Source: Lingula anatina (taxonomy: Eukaryota > Animalia > Brachiopoda). Taken from it: a stretch of DNA of 64,000 bases. The position numbers and the translations under genes were made by a program. The notes under the pieces were generated by a model. That model searched no databases, was not told the origin of the DNA, and saw only the letters and a program-made list of their open reading frames with translations. Where the stretch lies: the NCBI GenBank assembly GCA_051362555.1, contig CM120645.1, forward strand, positions 24,332,934-24,396,933, given 5' to 3'. Shown here piece after piece: positions 13,953 through 27,600 of this stretch (positions are counted from its first letter, which is position 1; the number at the start of each line of letters is the position of its first letter).

Positions 13953-14069
13953 TGTCAGAAGTGGGATTTGAACCCACGCCCACATTCGTGGACCAGAACA
14001 CTCGATCCTTCATGGAGAAGGCAAGACCAGGCTTGAGTCTGGCGCCTTAGACCGCTCGGCCATTCTGAC
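13953..14069 (-). tRNA. trnL-CAA: tRNA-Leu(CAA) with 33-nt intron
   Basis: GTCAGAATGGCCGAGCGGTCTAAGGCGCCAGACTCAAG-[intron]-TTCTGGTCCACGAATGTGGGCGTGGGTTCAAATCCCACTTCTGACA. A and B boxes, long variable arm, intron one base 3' of the anticodon, TTTT shortly downstream. Confidence 0.95.
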
Positions 14070-14558
14070 TTACATAACTCCAACTGGTGGTTATGAAAAG
14101 GTATTCGATATAAAACAGTAGGTTACAGCATATTCTTTATTTTTGCATTGTTATATTTGATTTTGTAATTCGGTTTATTATTTTACTTATCCTATCTTTA
14201 CTATCTTCAGCTAAGTTTTGGAATAGATTTTTGTATTTAATGTTGTTTTAGTAAAACGTAAAGTAATTCCTGCAAATGAAGAATGCCAGATAAATTGGTG
14301 TGATGTGAACACGTTAAAAGGCGGGCCCTGAACGTCTTCAAATTGCCTGTCAACTACAGTTACCGCCCTTCAGTCGGCCATACAAAGTAACAATGTGACA
14401 TGATTGTCCGAGAGACATCGAATTACTTGTAACTGTCACGTGGTCTTGATCAGTAATTATGAAGGAAAATCCACTCATCTGGAACTGAACAGAAAGAGAT
14501 AGCTTGAAAGCCGGCTGTCTTCACTGCGACATTCAGTGACACACTGTATGTATTCATT

Positions 14559-17500
14559 ATGTCGGAACCATATGTAGAGAGAGGCAGAGGCAGAAGAAGA
14601 AAAGCGTACCATGGTGAGGAAAAGGACGGAGGGGTAGGAGAGGGAGGAGGTGGAAGGGGTGATGCCAGTAAAGGAAGCAGGAAAGGCCGGGGAAGAAAAC
14701 GCCGAGAAAAACCGTATCAAACAGGTGAGAAATTGACCTGCATGGGCACTATAGTAAATATTTTACTGTATGTTTAAGCAGATTGACTTAATTTACCCAA
14801 ATATGACGAAATGGTTGTATATTTTAGATGCGCTCGATATTTACCCATCAAAGAAGAGCAAATTAGCAAAAGCAGTCTTAGATGGTGCCCATCTTTCCAT
14901 GGTCTGTCTTGTGACCTATGTTTGAAGTCAAATGTCCTTGACTTGGGTGTTGTTTCCTTTTCCTGCTGAGATGATGATTGTCAACACGGTGTACATGTAC
15001 TGCCTTATTCGGCTCGCTCTCTGCCTCTTCTTAGCTGGGGCTTCAGCGGCTTTTCTTTTGATCATTACCCGAATGATAACAAGTAGGACTACTAGTATTA
15101 AAATGTGATAAAATCATCACATGATATTCTGGTCATAGACATTGAATTATGTTTGGAGAACTGCACTACAGCGTTGATATACACGTCAGAAAGCAAAGCG
15201 CTGGTATTATTGAAATAATACAAATATTCAGCACAATGTTAATACAGTATTTGGCCTTATTATTTTATATTGCACTGCATTATATATTATATTATATTAT
15301 ATTATATTATATTATATTATATTATATTATATTATATTATATTATAGAGAGGGACCACCATCCCCGGTATGAGCACCACTCACACACTGAGGACAGGGAC
15401 GCTGGGAAGGAGGGGTCACGTGGTGCACACAGGGAGGAAGACCATCATGGTGACCATAAGGTGGGTTCGTTTAGAGAAATACTTACCTGTAGCTATAGGG
15501 GTGACATTAATGTGTTATGTACTGGTTATGTTGCGATGTTTATGATAATGATCGAATAACCCATCGTGAACATATGCATCTTTAAACGTTTAATAAAGAT
15601 GTTTGAATACAGAAGTTTTTTTCCCTTGCCGTTTTGTAAGAAAAGAAACTCGGCATGAATCAGAATTGATCGGCATTAACGTCATGCGTGGTCATTATTG
15701 AGAGAAAACTTCACGTGGGATTATAAATCACTGACGACTGAGCAGCCATGATTGAAGCTTGAAGAAGAGGAAGCAATAATGTGTTAGGTGAGATAAACGG
15801 TAGCATTGTAAGACTTGAACCCATCTGGAGACTTCCTACCAGAAATAATGCACATGCTGTCTCTTAAACCACCAAAATGTGTTTTAAAAGTTTAGAGTTA
15901 ATTTTATAGTGAATATTCAGCAATGTATTTTCAGAGACCGTCGCCGGGCCTAAGGCACACAGACGGTAGGCAGCACGAGCGACGAGGGCACGTTCACAGG
16001 CCACGCAGTTTGCCAGCAGCACCTTTACCACACGACTCCCACCATGTGGTCAACGGTCATCATCCCAAGATGACCGACACTCAGCCACCAATAATAGCCA
16101 ACGGTCATCCACCTTCGCTGACTAACAGTCAACGTGCCCAGCAGGGTCCAACAGCAGAGATTTTAGACACTGAGCCACATCCAAAGTCCCCCAAGGTAGG
16201 AAAAGATCTGAATGGAACACAGGCCCAAGTACCATCACCTGCGTCTACTTCCGAGGTTAAAGAAACCCAAGGAAATCCAAGTGCTCTGTTCCCGCTGAAA
16301 TCACCGAAGGAGAGCGCCCAGGTCTCTGTCCCCGTGTCGTCGTTGTCTGATGAAGAACAAGGGCCTTTGACGTCAACATCTACAGCGTCTTTACGCGTCC
16401 GCTCCATCTCGGCCCCTGGGAAACACCCACGTGACCTGCACGTGCAGACCACACACAGCGAGCAGGTCCCTACGTCAAACCAAGACGTCATATCAGTGGA
16501 AGATGACACCGCCGCCAATGACGAGAACCTTTCAGCCTCTTCTGTTTCTCACAGCACGCCACATCTTGAAGAGCAACCAAAGGATTTTTCGCGTCTGATC
16601 ACCTCGCGTTTGGTAGCCGGTTCGGGACAAACAAACGCGCAAAGCTCTGGGCCCGCTACTTCAGAGATCTGTGCTGGCATAGTCCATCAACACGACAAAG
16701 ATAATCTAGAAACAAACACGGCTGCCAGCACTTCAGAAAAAACCCTCGACGCTGCCATCTCGTCAGCGAGCAAGGAACACGAAGATGAACATGAAGACAG
16801 GAGTAAGATGTCGACGCCAGAGATTCTTGAGATGCCCACAGAGAACGCTGAAATGCCTAATAAGGGAGAAGCTACGGCAACACACGAAAGTCAAATATAC
16901 CAAACCATGAGTGACCAGAATAGCCGAGGCTCAACTCCCGAACTGATTGAAATGCCAGCTGAGGAAATTAGCGAATCTAAAATGCAGAAAGAAATAACCG
17001 TTAGTGAAAAGAGTCAGGAACACCAGCAAGTGACCTCAGCTAAAGAAGAGGAGAGTAGAACATCCTCGCCAGAGATTATTGAAACACCGTCAGATAAAAG
17101 TATTGAAGGAAGTCAACCAGATCAAAGCACGACTTCTATCGTTGACGACGCCAATACCTCCTCCTTGCTGTGTCAGTATGTAGACCTCCCAAGTTCATAC
17201 CCGGATTCATTGCCAGAACAGGGCAAGGCGTCACCAGGTGTCAGTCATGAGCAAGACAGCACGGCAAGTGCCAGTATTGTGATTTTGGAAGGTGATGAAA
17301 CATTTGAGGAATACAGCCGGGCTACGACACCGGATATCATCTCACCAATGGCTCCTATAAGGGAGATAGATCTAGAAGAGTACGACTCCGTGGAGGTTCC
17401 CAAGACAACCCCTACAGCTGTTATCACCGTGAATGAAGACGAGAAGGCTCAGCTCTGTGGAAAGGCTTTTGAAAGTCCCAGACCTGAAGATGATCATGTA

Positions 17501-18436
17501 AATAAACAAGGTACGTAACCACCATTGACATGCATTGTTTTCAGTGAAAAAAGAATCAGCGTGCACTTGTTAAACAATGCCACCTGGCGACTGCACAATA
17601 CTGCAGGAAAGAAGACTTCTTTAACATAGTTGAAACTGGCAGTGATTATAATTAATTTAATCACTTAGAATTGGCCATTCTTAAACGTAATGCTTGAATA
17701 CTTTAGTAGTGCCATATTTTCAATTTCACACCGTCTTTATCAATTTTGATAATTTTGTAACTCATTTTGATTATTCTCTTTTAAGAATCCGTACAAAATA
17801 TCTGTTTTCGTTCCAGAAGACGAGGGTGAAGGGGAAGGCGACAAAGCCAAACTTGTGGTGGACAGTCCCGGTAGTCAAGTTCTCTCTGACGACATCTTGA
17901 TAGAGCTGGAAAAAGCTAAGAATCAGGTCGGGCGATTTATACTTACGTATAAATTCAACATCCTTGTCATATATTTTACTGGCAAAATTTATTCAAGAGT
18001 AAGATGTCGGGGATTTTGTTACTTCCTTGCCTTGCCCCTTCTTCGCTCCATCAGCAGCTTATCAAAGGCTCTTCTTGTTGTTACAAAATGGAAGAAAGAC
18101 TTGCGCTCAATTTTGTACAATGTAACAGTGAAAAAGTTTCCGGTAGAGATATACCCCATTCATGAATACGCCCTTGATCATATTTAAAATATATACAAGA
18201 ATACTTTGTGGGGGGGGGAGGGGGGGGTCACGGTCTGAAATCCAATTGCTGCTTTTGCAATTGTGCTTTTTCTAATTTGTCAGATGGCTGGGGAGCCCGT
18301 TGTGCCTTCCATGGAAGCAGATTCTCCATCTCCCGGAAAGAACCGCTACAAAGCCTCGGAGAAGACAGGCCTCCTGCAATCTCCTCTCTCCGAACATACC
18401 GCCCCGGGCATTTGCTTGTGCTGCACTCTGCTGTGA
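14559..18436 (+). CDS. 705-aa intrinsically disordered protein with C-terminal CaaX box (paralemmin-like architecture)
   Basis: Exons 14559-14724, 15348-15460, 15935-17510, 17817-17926 and 18284-18436 join in phase (2118 nt). The protein ends ...SEKTGLLQSPLSEHTAPGICLCCTLL*. Confidence 0.8.
15280..15346. repeat. (TATAT)n microsatellite abutting a splice acceptor
   Basis: Pentanucleotide run ending directly in the AG at 15346-15347. Confidence 0.95.
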
Positions 18437-19742
18437 CACTGTCACATGAGTGTGACATGAAAGCGACATGTGTGACGTAACAGTGAGACGTACCTTAGCT
18501 AACGTTGTTGTTGATTTACTGAATAGCATAATAACAACCATGATGAATCAGTTTCAAATATCACAGTTGTGTATATCTATACAGCATCACGTTCCGTATT
18601 TATCACTACCAATCTGCTCAGTGATCCCAAATGAAGGGTAACTCGTCCCTTTTCCCCAAAGTCAATTTTGTCCGTCCTGTTAGCTGACATGAACCTATCA
18701 TGTTACTACCTTATTATAATTTATACTCTTATATGCATTACTTGAATGTAGATTCTTTGAATTACTCTGTGCTGCATGTCAATTTAGTATTTACTTGTTA
18801 TACATTTATTCCATGTTTTTGTCATGTTCTGTGTTTATACATGCAGTGGCCACCAGAAGATGACGGCGCAGGCAGTACGTTATATAGGTCGCTATATATA
18901 CATGTAAGTCATTTAGCTGAATAATCACTGACATATCAAATATGTTATCCTTGTCAGATATTATCAAATATATTATTATATAACTTTGTTAATTGTTCTA
19001 TAATATTCAAATAATAATGAAAAATATAAATTTTCATTAATAAATATGGTCATATTTTCCTAAGTTAGTTAAGTGAATAATTATAAGCTGTCCCTAATGC
19101 TGCAGATGCTGCGGGGGTCCATTTTTCACCGTAAATAATCCAAATGGTGACATTAAGCTATCATATAGTCTGGGTTGTCACCGGAGACTAAACGCGACCA
19201 CTTAGCGTCACAACATACTACATAAAGATGCAGTAGCAAATGTATAATTACTTGACGTCTGCTGAACACGTGTAGTTTTAAAAGTTTAATTTGTCTGCAT
19301 TTCATTTGCAATGCAAAGTCGAAGAAAAATATTTAACGTCAAGTACCACTGGGTGGCGATAACGTTGAATTATGCAATCGTTGTGCTTTCTAAAATTTTA
19401 AAAGACCCGTCTAGCGCACTGTGACACCATACTAGTTTCATTTATCCCAGTGATATTTCACTGTTATATTTGCTGTTAGATTTTTGATTCATTGGGATCA
19501 GCACGAAAAAAATAATCTCATACTGCCTTTAGGTTTTATTTCAACAAACGCATGCTTAAACAACACAGGCAAAAACCCTTCGGAGTTGTTAAGTACAGGA
19601 TTTTTTAAAACACGATCTTAAATACTAAATACTCTAAAATGACTTTGATTAATTACATTTGAAGATCAACCGAGTTCTTGAAATGCGTTTTAGTGCCATC
19701 TTTTCTGTTACAAGATCTCACGAGGGTTGACTCAAATACAAC

Positions 19743-19959
19743 ACTAGAAAAGCACTCCGAGAGCGCAGACCTCCGCCTAGGCAGCAATTTTTGATTATTG
19801 ACTCGGATCACCACCAAAAACTATTCATCTGTTCCTTGGCCCACTTCTGACAGTTCCTGAAAATGTCATCACAATCGGTCCATAACTTTTTGAGTTATGT
19901 TGATGACAAACAAACAAACAGACAAACAGGGGTGAAAACAACCTCCTTGGCGGAGGTAA
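19743..19959. mobile_element. Short non-autonomous Helentron/DINE-1-like (HINE) element
   Basis: Begins ACTAGAAAAGCACTCCGAGAGCGCAGACCTCCGCC and ends AACCTCCTTGGCGGAGGTAA. Subterminal inverted repeat ACCTCCGCC/GGCGGAGGT and an internal (ACAA/ACAG)n microsatellite match this element class. Confidence 0.65.
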
Positions 19960-22900
19960 AAAATGCGTTTCACAAGATAGAAAAATCGTGAAGGTAAAAT
20001 CTCATTTGCCGAAAGGAAGTTCCTGGTCGCTATGTACATGTAGCATAGGAGGAGCGTGGTGTTTCCACCTAGGATCTGGACAAAGAGACAATGTTTTTTT
20101 ACAGTTAAAAGTTAACATCACTCTTATGTATTCCACCATTTCACTTTTCACTGCATGTTACACTACACGTTGCGTTTTAAGCGTTAAAATGATGGGAAAT
20201 GTTTAAAGCGATACATAAACTACACGTGTCTCCTCCACTTGATGTAATCTATTTCTCAATAGACCAAATTACTTTTTCAATACATGACATTAATGAGACA
20301 TTTAATAGCCATCAAGTGTGAGAAATGACGGCCATCCATCACAGACGTATCCTGTCCATCTCGGAGGTATACGCTGGATTACAACTAGTACGGATGTGGC
20401 TAGGGCCTGGATATCGGACGCCATGACGTCTCCCAGATACTCCAACTGGCGACCGAGAAATGTCCTTTAGGTCTTTATGAGTTCTTACTTTCAACAAAGT
20501 ATGCTGTCAACATGTGAATTTATAATCCAACAAATAACCGCGGAGTATATTGTTCAGAAGTACGTAGCCTAAGTGTGGTTTTCTCACATAATGTCTAATC
20601 TTAATTAAAAAGCAATCGAATTAAAAGCGCTGTATGTTTGGAACAAATCCCTTACATTATTTGGTGGTAAAAACTTTCTATCTAATAAAGATATGTATTA
20701 AATGTACTGTGTGTTGTATGTACAGGGTACTAAAGGTGTGTGCAAGGGGTAGGGGGGACGCTATGGGTGCACTTGGTGAACCTTCAAAAAATCGATCTTT
20801 TACACTTTTAAATTAACTTTCTTCGAGCCAATATATTGTCATAGACAGAAGCGTTAAAACCTTTTATGGGAGGGGGGGGGCATTTATTGCGGAGTTTACA
20901 CCATGTGACATCATACTACACGTATATCTGTTAACAACACATATTATGAATTCGTTTGCAATCTTTTGTAAAAGCCGAGATTAGCTGGTATTTATCTTTA
21001 CACAAGTGGGCTACTTGTTGACGCCCTCCTCGCCTTACGAACTTCTATATCATGGTCTCCATCAATGACACAGACATCATCAACGATGTTGTCCTTAAAA
21101 CTATTTTTACTGATAAACCAAACAATGGGTGCACATTCCATGAGGTACAGGTTTTTTAAAGCCAAACATAACGCATATGACCTCCAGTACCCTGGGAGTT
21201 GTTTAGATAAAGACAACACTTCGGAATTACTGTTGGAATTTTTCTAAACGCCATCTAAAAGTGAACAGTCATGTGAAAACCCTTAATGTTTTTTATTATA
21301 ATAATCATTATTTTTTGCTAAATTTCTTTCTCGTCATTGCTCTTTCAACTTAATGCCACAGTCCATTTGCCCAGTACGTACATGTACTAGCATGTCCCAC
21401 ATTAGATCCAGTTACCAGTGATTACCAGTTTTATGGTCTGGTATATCGTGGATTTGATCGACGACACGGAAATCATCAACTGGCAAGTTAACGGTGTTTG
21501 TGTTGAAGATGACACACTAAGTGAGATGTGCACAATTTGTGTGTAACCTGTAATTGTTTCGCGGTTTTAAGATCAAAGACACCTTGGCCTGCCACTAGAA
21601 TAAAGTGTTTTCTTTCTCCAGATAGGACCTATACACTGTACTTAACGCTAGGGTAAATCCGCTGTCCGACGCAGCGTGCATGTAAACATGCAATAGTAAA
21701 TATTTTTGACAGTAATACACGTGTTGCAAAATAAAATAAAATACCAAGAAACTGCTCCGACAATATTATTTCAAATCGACAGTTTATTACATGTACAACT
21801 GCAGTAGTGGAAGTATTTTATTATGTTCTGTTTCCATCAACTTCAAGCAAATGTTCATGGTGGGTTTGCAGTAGTTCGGGGTAATACTACAAACCTGAGT
21901 AGTCTGCTGTGTCATGCAGATGTAAGATGTCGCCATGTTGGTTAGACACAAACCACAACGCTTCCTGGTTGACGAAGAGTGCCCGCAAAGTGTCCTTTGG
22001 TGACTGACATTGGGTTAGGATACATGTCATCAAGTGAACAGCCGAGAAAACCCGTCCATGTTCACGTACATACATGTAAAGTAAAACAACAGGTGATTGA
22101 TGTAGCCTTGTTGATGTTGTCCTCAATGGGTTCACTGATGGTAATGGGGAAAGAAGAGGGGGTTAATAGTGTACTGTTTATGTGAGGTATAGATTTCAAT
22201 TGGTCCCTGTCTTTACTTGCGTGAAGACAGTTTACATAAAATCTAACTTGCGAATCGGTGCGTGAAGAATAATAGGCAACCGAACCTTTTCAGTTGTTTT
22301 AATTGTTAGTAGTAAACATTTGAGTAACTTCGTATTGTTCTGTTAATTGTTTATACGGTGTCTTTTTGACTAACTGTTTGTCGGGAATAAAAAACAGTGA
22401 ATCACCAAAAACAGTGTTTTCTACGCACAGTAATAAACACTATATCGAATGCTGCCGTATATACATGTAATAGTGCGGACTTGCTACTCTGATACAAGGT
22501 GGTAAACAAGGAAGAAAAATTAAAGTTTGTTGACAAAACCTTTCTATGTTAGTCAAAATTTACTTAATACCATAGATGGGCAGAGCTGAGACAAGAGAAA
22601 TACTTTTATTAACTCCATGCAGACTCGATTATTGCATTAGTACATCCTCTTTTTGGTCTAAGTCGTACTCAAGTTAACAAATTGCAATAAAAACAAAATT
22701 TTGCAGCCAAGCTATTAAAAAAATGAAAACTATGTACATGTAGTCGAGAACACGTGCCACCCGTGTTAAGAGCACCGAGTGTTGATCAGACAGAAAATAT
22801 TATCTGAAGTTTGATGTTTAACTAAGAAAAGAGTCACAGAGAAGAAAATCACAAAACATTTCAGAACTACTTCAACCTCTCCAACAGACCAGGGTCGCAT

Positions 22901-24150
22901 TTCTGTCAATCATTTACTTTAAGAACATTCTGATCTGGTAACAAATTTTATGGCAAACGAAGGTTTACAATATACGCACCAAAGTTATGGGATACTTTGC
23001 CTACTTAAATAAGAAAAACAAGTGACTTTGAAAATTAAGGAACTTTTAAAGACCTACATTTTAAAATTTAAAGTTTTATAGTAATTGATAAGTTAAAATG
23101 TTTTAGACTTTCTATCTTTTAAACTTAACTTATTGCTACTCTAAGATTTATATAATTATTTAAGAGTATTTGAAAAAAAATGGATTTTAGCTCCATATAT
23201 AATAAGTGCTTCTTGCATTCAAATGGATTGACATGGTAGCTACATATAACTTCCAATTAATCCTTGTAATGCTTTAAGGACAATGATACGCCCGGTTACC
23301 GACTCGATACACCCTTACTTATCTTGTAATGGTACATTATGTTCATTTCTCTTTTTTCCTGTTGTTTCTTTTATTGGCAAGGTCATTGTTTTAATGGATG
23401 ATGATTAACATCGTTGTCAACATTTAGGTAAGAAAGTTTACGTCATCACCACACAGTCTCACTGGCACTCGTACTAATGACTTGAAGATAGCAGCGTCTG
23501 GTGCCCTGTATTCTGGACAACGGCATCAACAGCCAATTGTTGTGTTTTCCTATGTATAAGACGTCACCAACGGTCTTGTATATTCTCCTCCATGATTTAA
23601 AGTAAATTTGTCAGTTTCTTTTATTCTTAAAAAAAAAAGAGGAACCAGCGGTGTTCGGTGAACTGGTTTAATCATTACTTACCCTTTTCAGTGAATTTTC
23701 ATATTTTTCAAAAAAAGATCAATGTGTAAAACTGTAGCATCACATTTTAAAAACTTTTTTTGTGCTTTTACTATTTACGTCCTACAATGGTGAACCTATA
23801 GACCATTACACCGAATAACATTTCTGAGAAATTTGATAAATTAAATTACTTTATTTGGTCGCTATAATTGGCATCAAAGAGAAAAATAAACAATTTTATT
23901 GAAGTTTCATTATGTAAACATTGCGGACGTTGATCCTAATAAACGTTACCGTGACTCACTTAATATCCAAACAAATGAGTCCACAGAACGCTTTTCACCT
24001 GTCCACGCAGTTAAATCTGCTGAGTCAATCTTCTCATCTAACACGTCACAGCGCGGAGAGCGTGAACCTAAGTAATTAACTTAATGCGTTCCCTTCACGC
24101 ATGAAGGAGACGACCTTTCACCTTGATGCTAATTTCTTTGTGATAAGCAG

Positions 24151-24160
24151 ATATATAAGG
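24151..24160 (+). promoter_or_regulatory. TATA box of chitinase gene
   Basis: ATATATAAG about 30 nt upstream of a short non-coding exon ending at the GTGAGT donor (24229). A GATA site (~24142) and AP-1-like TGACTCA/TGAGTCA sites (~23952, ~24021) lie upstream. Confidence 0.55.
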
Positions 24161-24676
24161 CGCACGCTCCGCGGCTTTATTTAAGAACAGAAGCAAGAGA
24201 ATACTGAAGATAACAGTTATTACCAAGGGTGAGTACATGGTTAATAGTTTGCTGGAAGCTGTTTGGTTTTAGCGAGCTTGTATGAAAATATTTCGGTAAA
24301 AGACACACTTGTTTTCAACGTGTAGGCAATTACAACAATTGATGCTACGACGAGGCATAATAACGAAATAAAATTTTAACATTACAAGCCTGTGTTTAGT
24401 ATAGCTGCTGTTAGAAATCTTCCGGTTACTACATTACAAAAAAATCTATAAATGTGGAAATGTGTTGAAAGTCTCAATTTTGTTTCTAGAAAAGGTTCTA
24501 ATCAGTGCTGATACATTTGTTTAGCGAAACTAACTGAGCTTATGTTGCTCATATTTTCCATATATTCATAAAGCCCTGTAATTCTGCAACTTAAAGCAGA
24601 TTGGCTCAGTTTTATTTATTACAACATGAAATTATTTGTAGGAATAATTATTTGATTGATATTACAATCGACGAGA

Positions 24677-27600
24677 ATGAGTTGGACGCCGTTCGCCAGT
24701 CTTGTAGCGCTGCTCATCTGTATGGCACAATCACCGCAAGCGGCAGCAGGTAAGCTTCAGCGTCCGACTAGACGCCTCATAGCTCCTTGGTTACAGGGGA
24801 GAGTAGTTTTAATGTTTGTAAATAAAACAAACGCCCAGAAACGAAAACTTAAGATATGCATTAACGCTCTTTTTGTTAATGCATTTAACATCAATCTCGA
24901 ATTTATGTTACCCAAGGTTGAATACGAATGTCAACGCGTCTTCACTGGCTACTGATTACTCATTTTCCCAATTGTGCACGAACCTTCACGTTTTACTATA
25001 TTTTAACAGGTTACCATGTAGTCTGCTACTACACCAACTGGTCTCAGTACAGACCGGGCTTAGGAAGATTCCGGCCTAACCATATTGACCCCAACCTCTG
25101 CACCCACGTCATCTTTGCTTTCGCACGTGCTGACAACAAGCGGCTCGCGCCATATGAATATAACGACAACGGTAAGACACTTTCTGATATCTCACTCAAA
25201 ACAGAAGTTCTGTTGACGTATAGTGCGTTGTAGTGGCTACTGAGGACAGAGAAGGCAATAACGAAGCTGAGTCATAAATAAATTGTATCCGAAAAACCGT
25301 CAACTCACAATTGTTAAGATGCGTTTATAAGTTGAATCACTCAATTGCCATTAATAGTAAATTGGCTCAGATGGCAATGAATATAATTAACGTTTGAAGT
25401 AGCCAATAAACGACGCAGACAAGCCGTCTTAAGAATTAAATCTTTAGAAAAAATACGCGAATTAAGATTCTAACGATTTGAAAGAGGTGTAATGTCGATT
25501 TTCAAAAACAAACAGTGTTACAATGATGTTTATTTAAAAGCACCAAACGAGCAATTTGTGGTTTATCATCACAACCACAAGACATATTGAGTCATTATCT
25601 CAAATCACTGTCTGAGCTGCCTGAAAGAACTTTAAAAGTAATGTTACCTTTCGAGGCTTGTTGATAACATATAAATACATACTGTTAGAATGATTTGTTC
25701 AATTTAAATGTGTTTATTTCACGTTTTTTTTAAGAGTATATTCAGAACAGCGAGCTAACAGATGGTCGGCCATATTTGATCCGCTGATCTAATAGTCCAC
25801 TGGTCTAAATGGGCTCTAATATATGTGAGATCTGTTTCTGCTTCTTGATCATATTAATTACATGTTTTGCGTTACTTTAGTTCTGTACAAGGAACTGGAG
25901 GCGCTGAAGAGGCAGAATCCCAGACTGAAGACTTTACTGGCTATCGGGGGATGGAACGCAGGTGTATTGCCGTTCACTCAGATAGTGAGATCTCCCCAGT
26001 CACGGAGAGCGTTCATCACACAAGCCATCCGTAAGTTACCTCTCCCCTTTAAGATAAACCTGTTTATTAAATAGGGAAATCGTTCTGAACTATTTTCCTC
26101 TAAACCCTTGTTCGCGTAATGTACTTCTGCGACTGTGCAAACTTCCCAAGGGACAAATTTAACAAGTGGCTCCTAGACTTCCCCTAACTAAGTCGGAAAA
26201 CCATTTCCAAACCCAGTTTTAGTTTGGTACTTATGCATGCTATTTGCCATGCCGTTTGACAGATTACCGGGTCTGACCTGTTTATCCAGCAGGGTGAATA
26301 TCTGGGTATTTACAACGGGTATTATGCGTTTGTCACAAAAAGCGCCAAAACATTAAAACACTTAGTAAAGACATCCCATTTACTAAATCTTCAATTAATT
26401 ATCTAGGAGCAAGAACGACGTTTACCCCAAAGGGTGTTATGTCAAATTAACGAATGTATAGGCACTGCACTCATTATTAACTCATTAAATACAGCATTTC
26501 TGCTGTTTTTTGGTTCTTTGCATCTAATTGAATAGTTGTGTAACGGTTATCTTATGTCGACATTCAGCACCACTGGGGATTTTTCACGATGATCAAAATA
26601 CACGGCAGCAGTGCTAAGGTGACATGTTCCTAGTTTGGATAATCTTAAGATCACAATCTGTGCCTTACGCCGATATGTCACCCAGACAACTTATGCAATC
26701 AAAACTTTATGCAAAATTTGAAAATGAACAAGCAGTTGTTTTGTCACTATAATAACATGTCTATCATATCAGCAGGCACTTTCTGCCCTGTGTTTTGACG
26801 GGGCATTAGCTGCTTTACATAACTATAGGTTCGATATCAAATTGCAGTGGTACTGAAATGTTCTGATTTCATGTACTTTTATTCATTCTTACTATCCCTT
26901 TTACTCAGCACGGAGATGAAAACTTTGAAGGCAATGAGAGACCATATCCTCACGTTGATATTATTGTTATTTACAGAATATCTCCGAAACAACAAGTTTG
27001 ATGGCCTCGATATCGACTGGGAATATCCGGGGTCACGTGGTAGTCTCCCCAAGGATAAGATTCTCTACACAGTTTGGCTGAGGGTAAACGTCATGTTTTT
27101 CATTCGTTTTAAATTTTGAAGATATGAGCGCCCTTTCCCCGATTTCTTCCATATATGGTCTTTAAATAACTAACAATTAAGTCCTTTTAATAAGTAATTT
27201 TGTTACTTTTGACAATGAGATGATTGAAGTAATGTTTTGATACCATTTAGTAATTCTCTGAAATTAAGGGTTTTCCAATAATAATAATAATAATAATAAT
27301 GATAAATTGATAAACAAAAATAAATGAAATTTAAAAATTAAGAAAGAAAGGAACATGATACACTGGATTCGCCATTTTTTCTTCCTAAATAACGACTCCT
27401 GATCCCGTTCTATCACTAGGAACTGAAGGCAGCATTTGAGCGAGAAGCGCGTCAGGTCCGCCGTCCACGCCTCCTGTTAACAGCCGCAGTGGCCGGGGGT
27501 CAGTCCTACATAGACGCCGGGTACCAGGTGGCCGAGATTGCAAAGTAAATATTTTGGCAACCTTTTTATTAATGTGTAGCGCAACTAAGGGAACAATACA

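Noticed and set aside
20998-21230. Minus-strand peptide LSKQLPGYWRSYALCLAL resembling a death-domain start
   Set aside because: Only a few matching residues and no supporting exon chain.
21887-22135. GC-richer minus-strand ORF followed by AATAAA
   Set aside because: No recognisable motif or linked exons.
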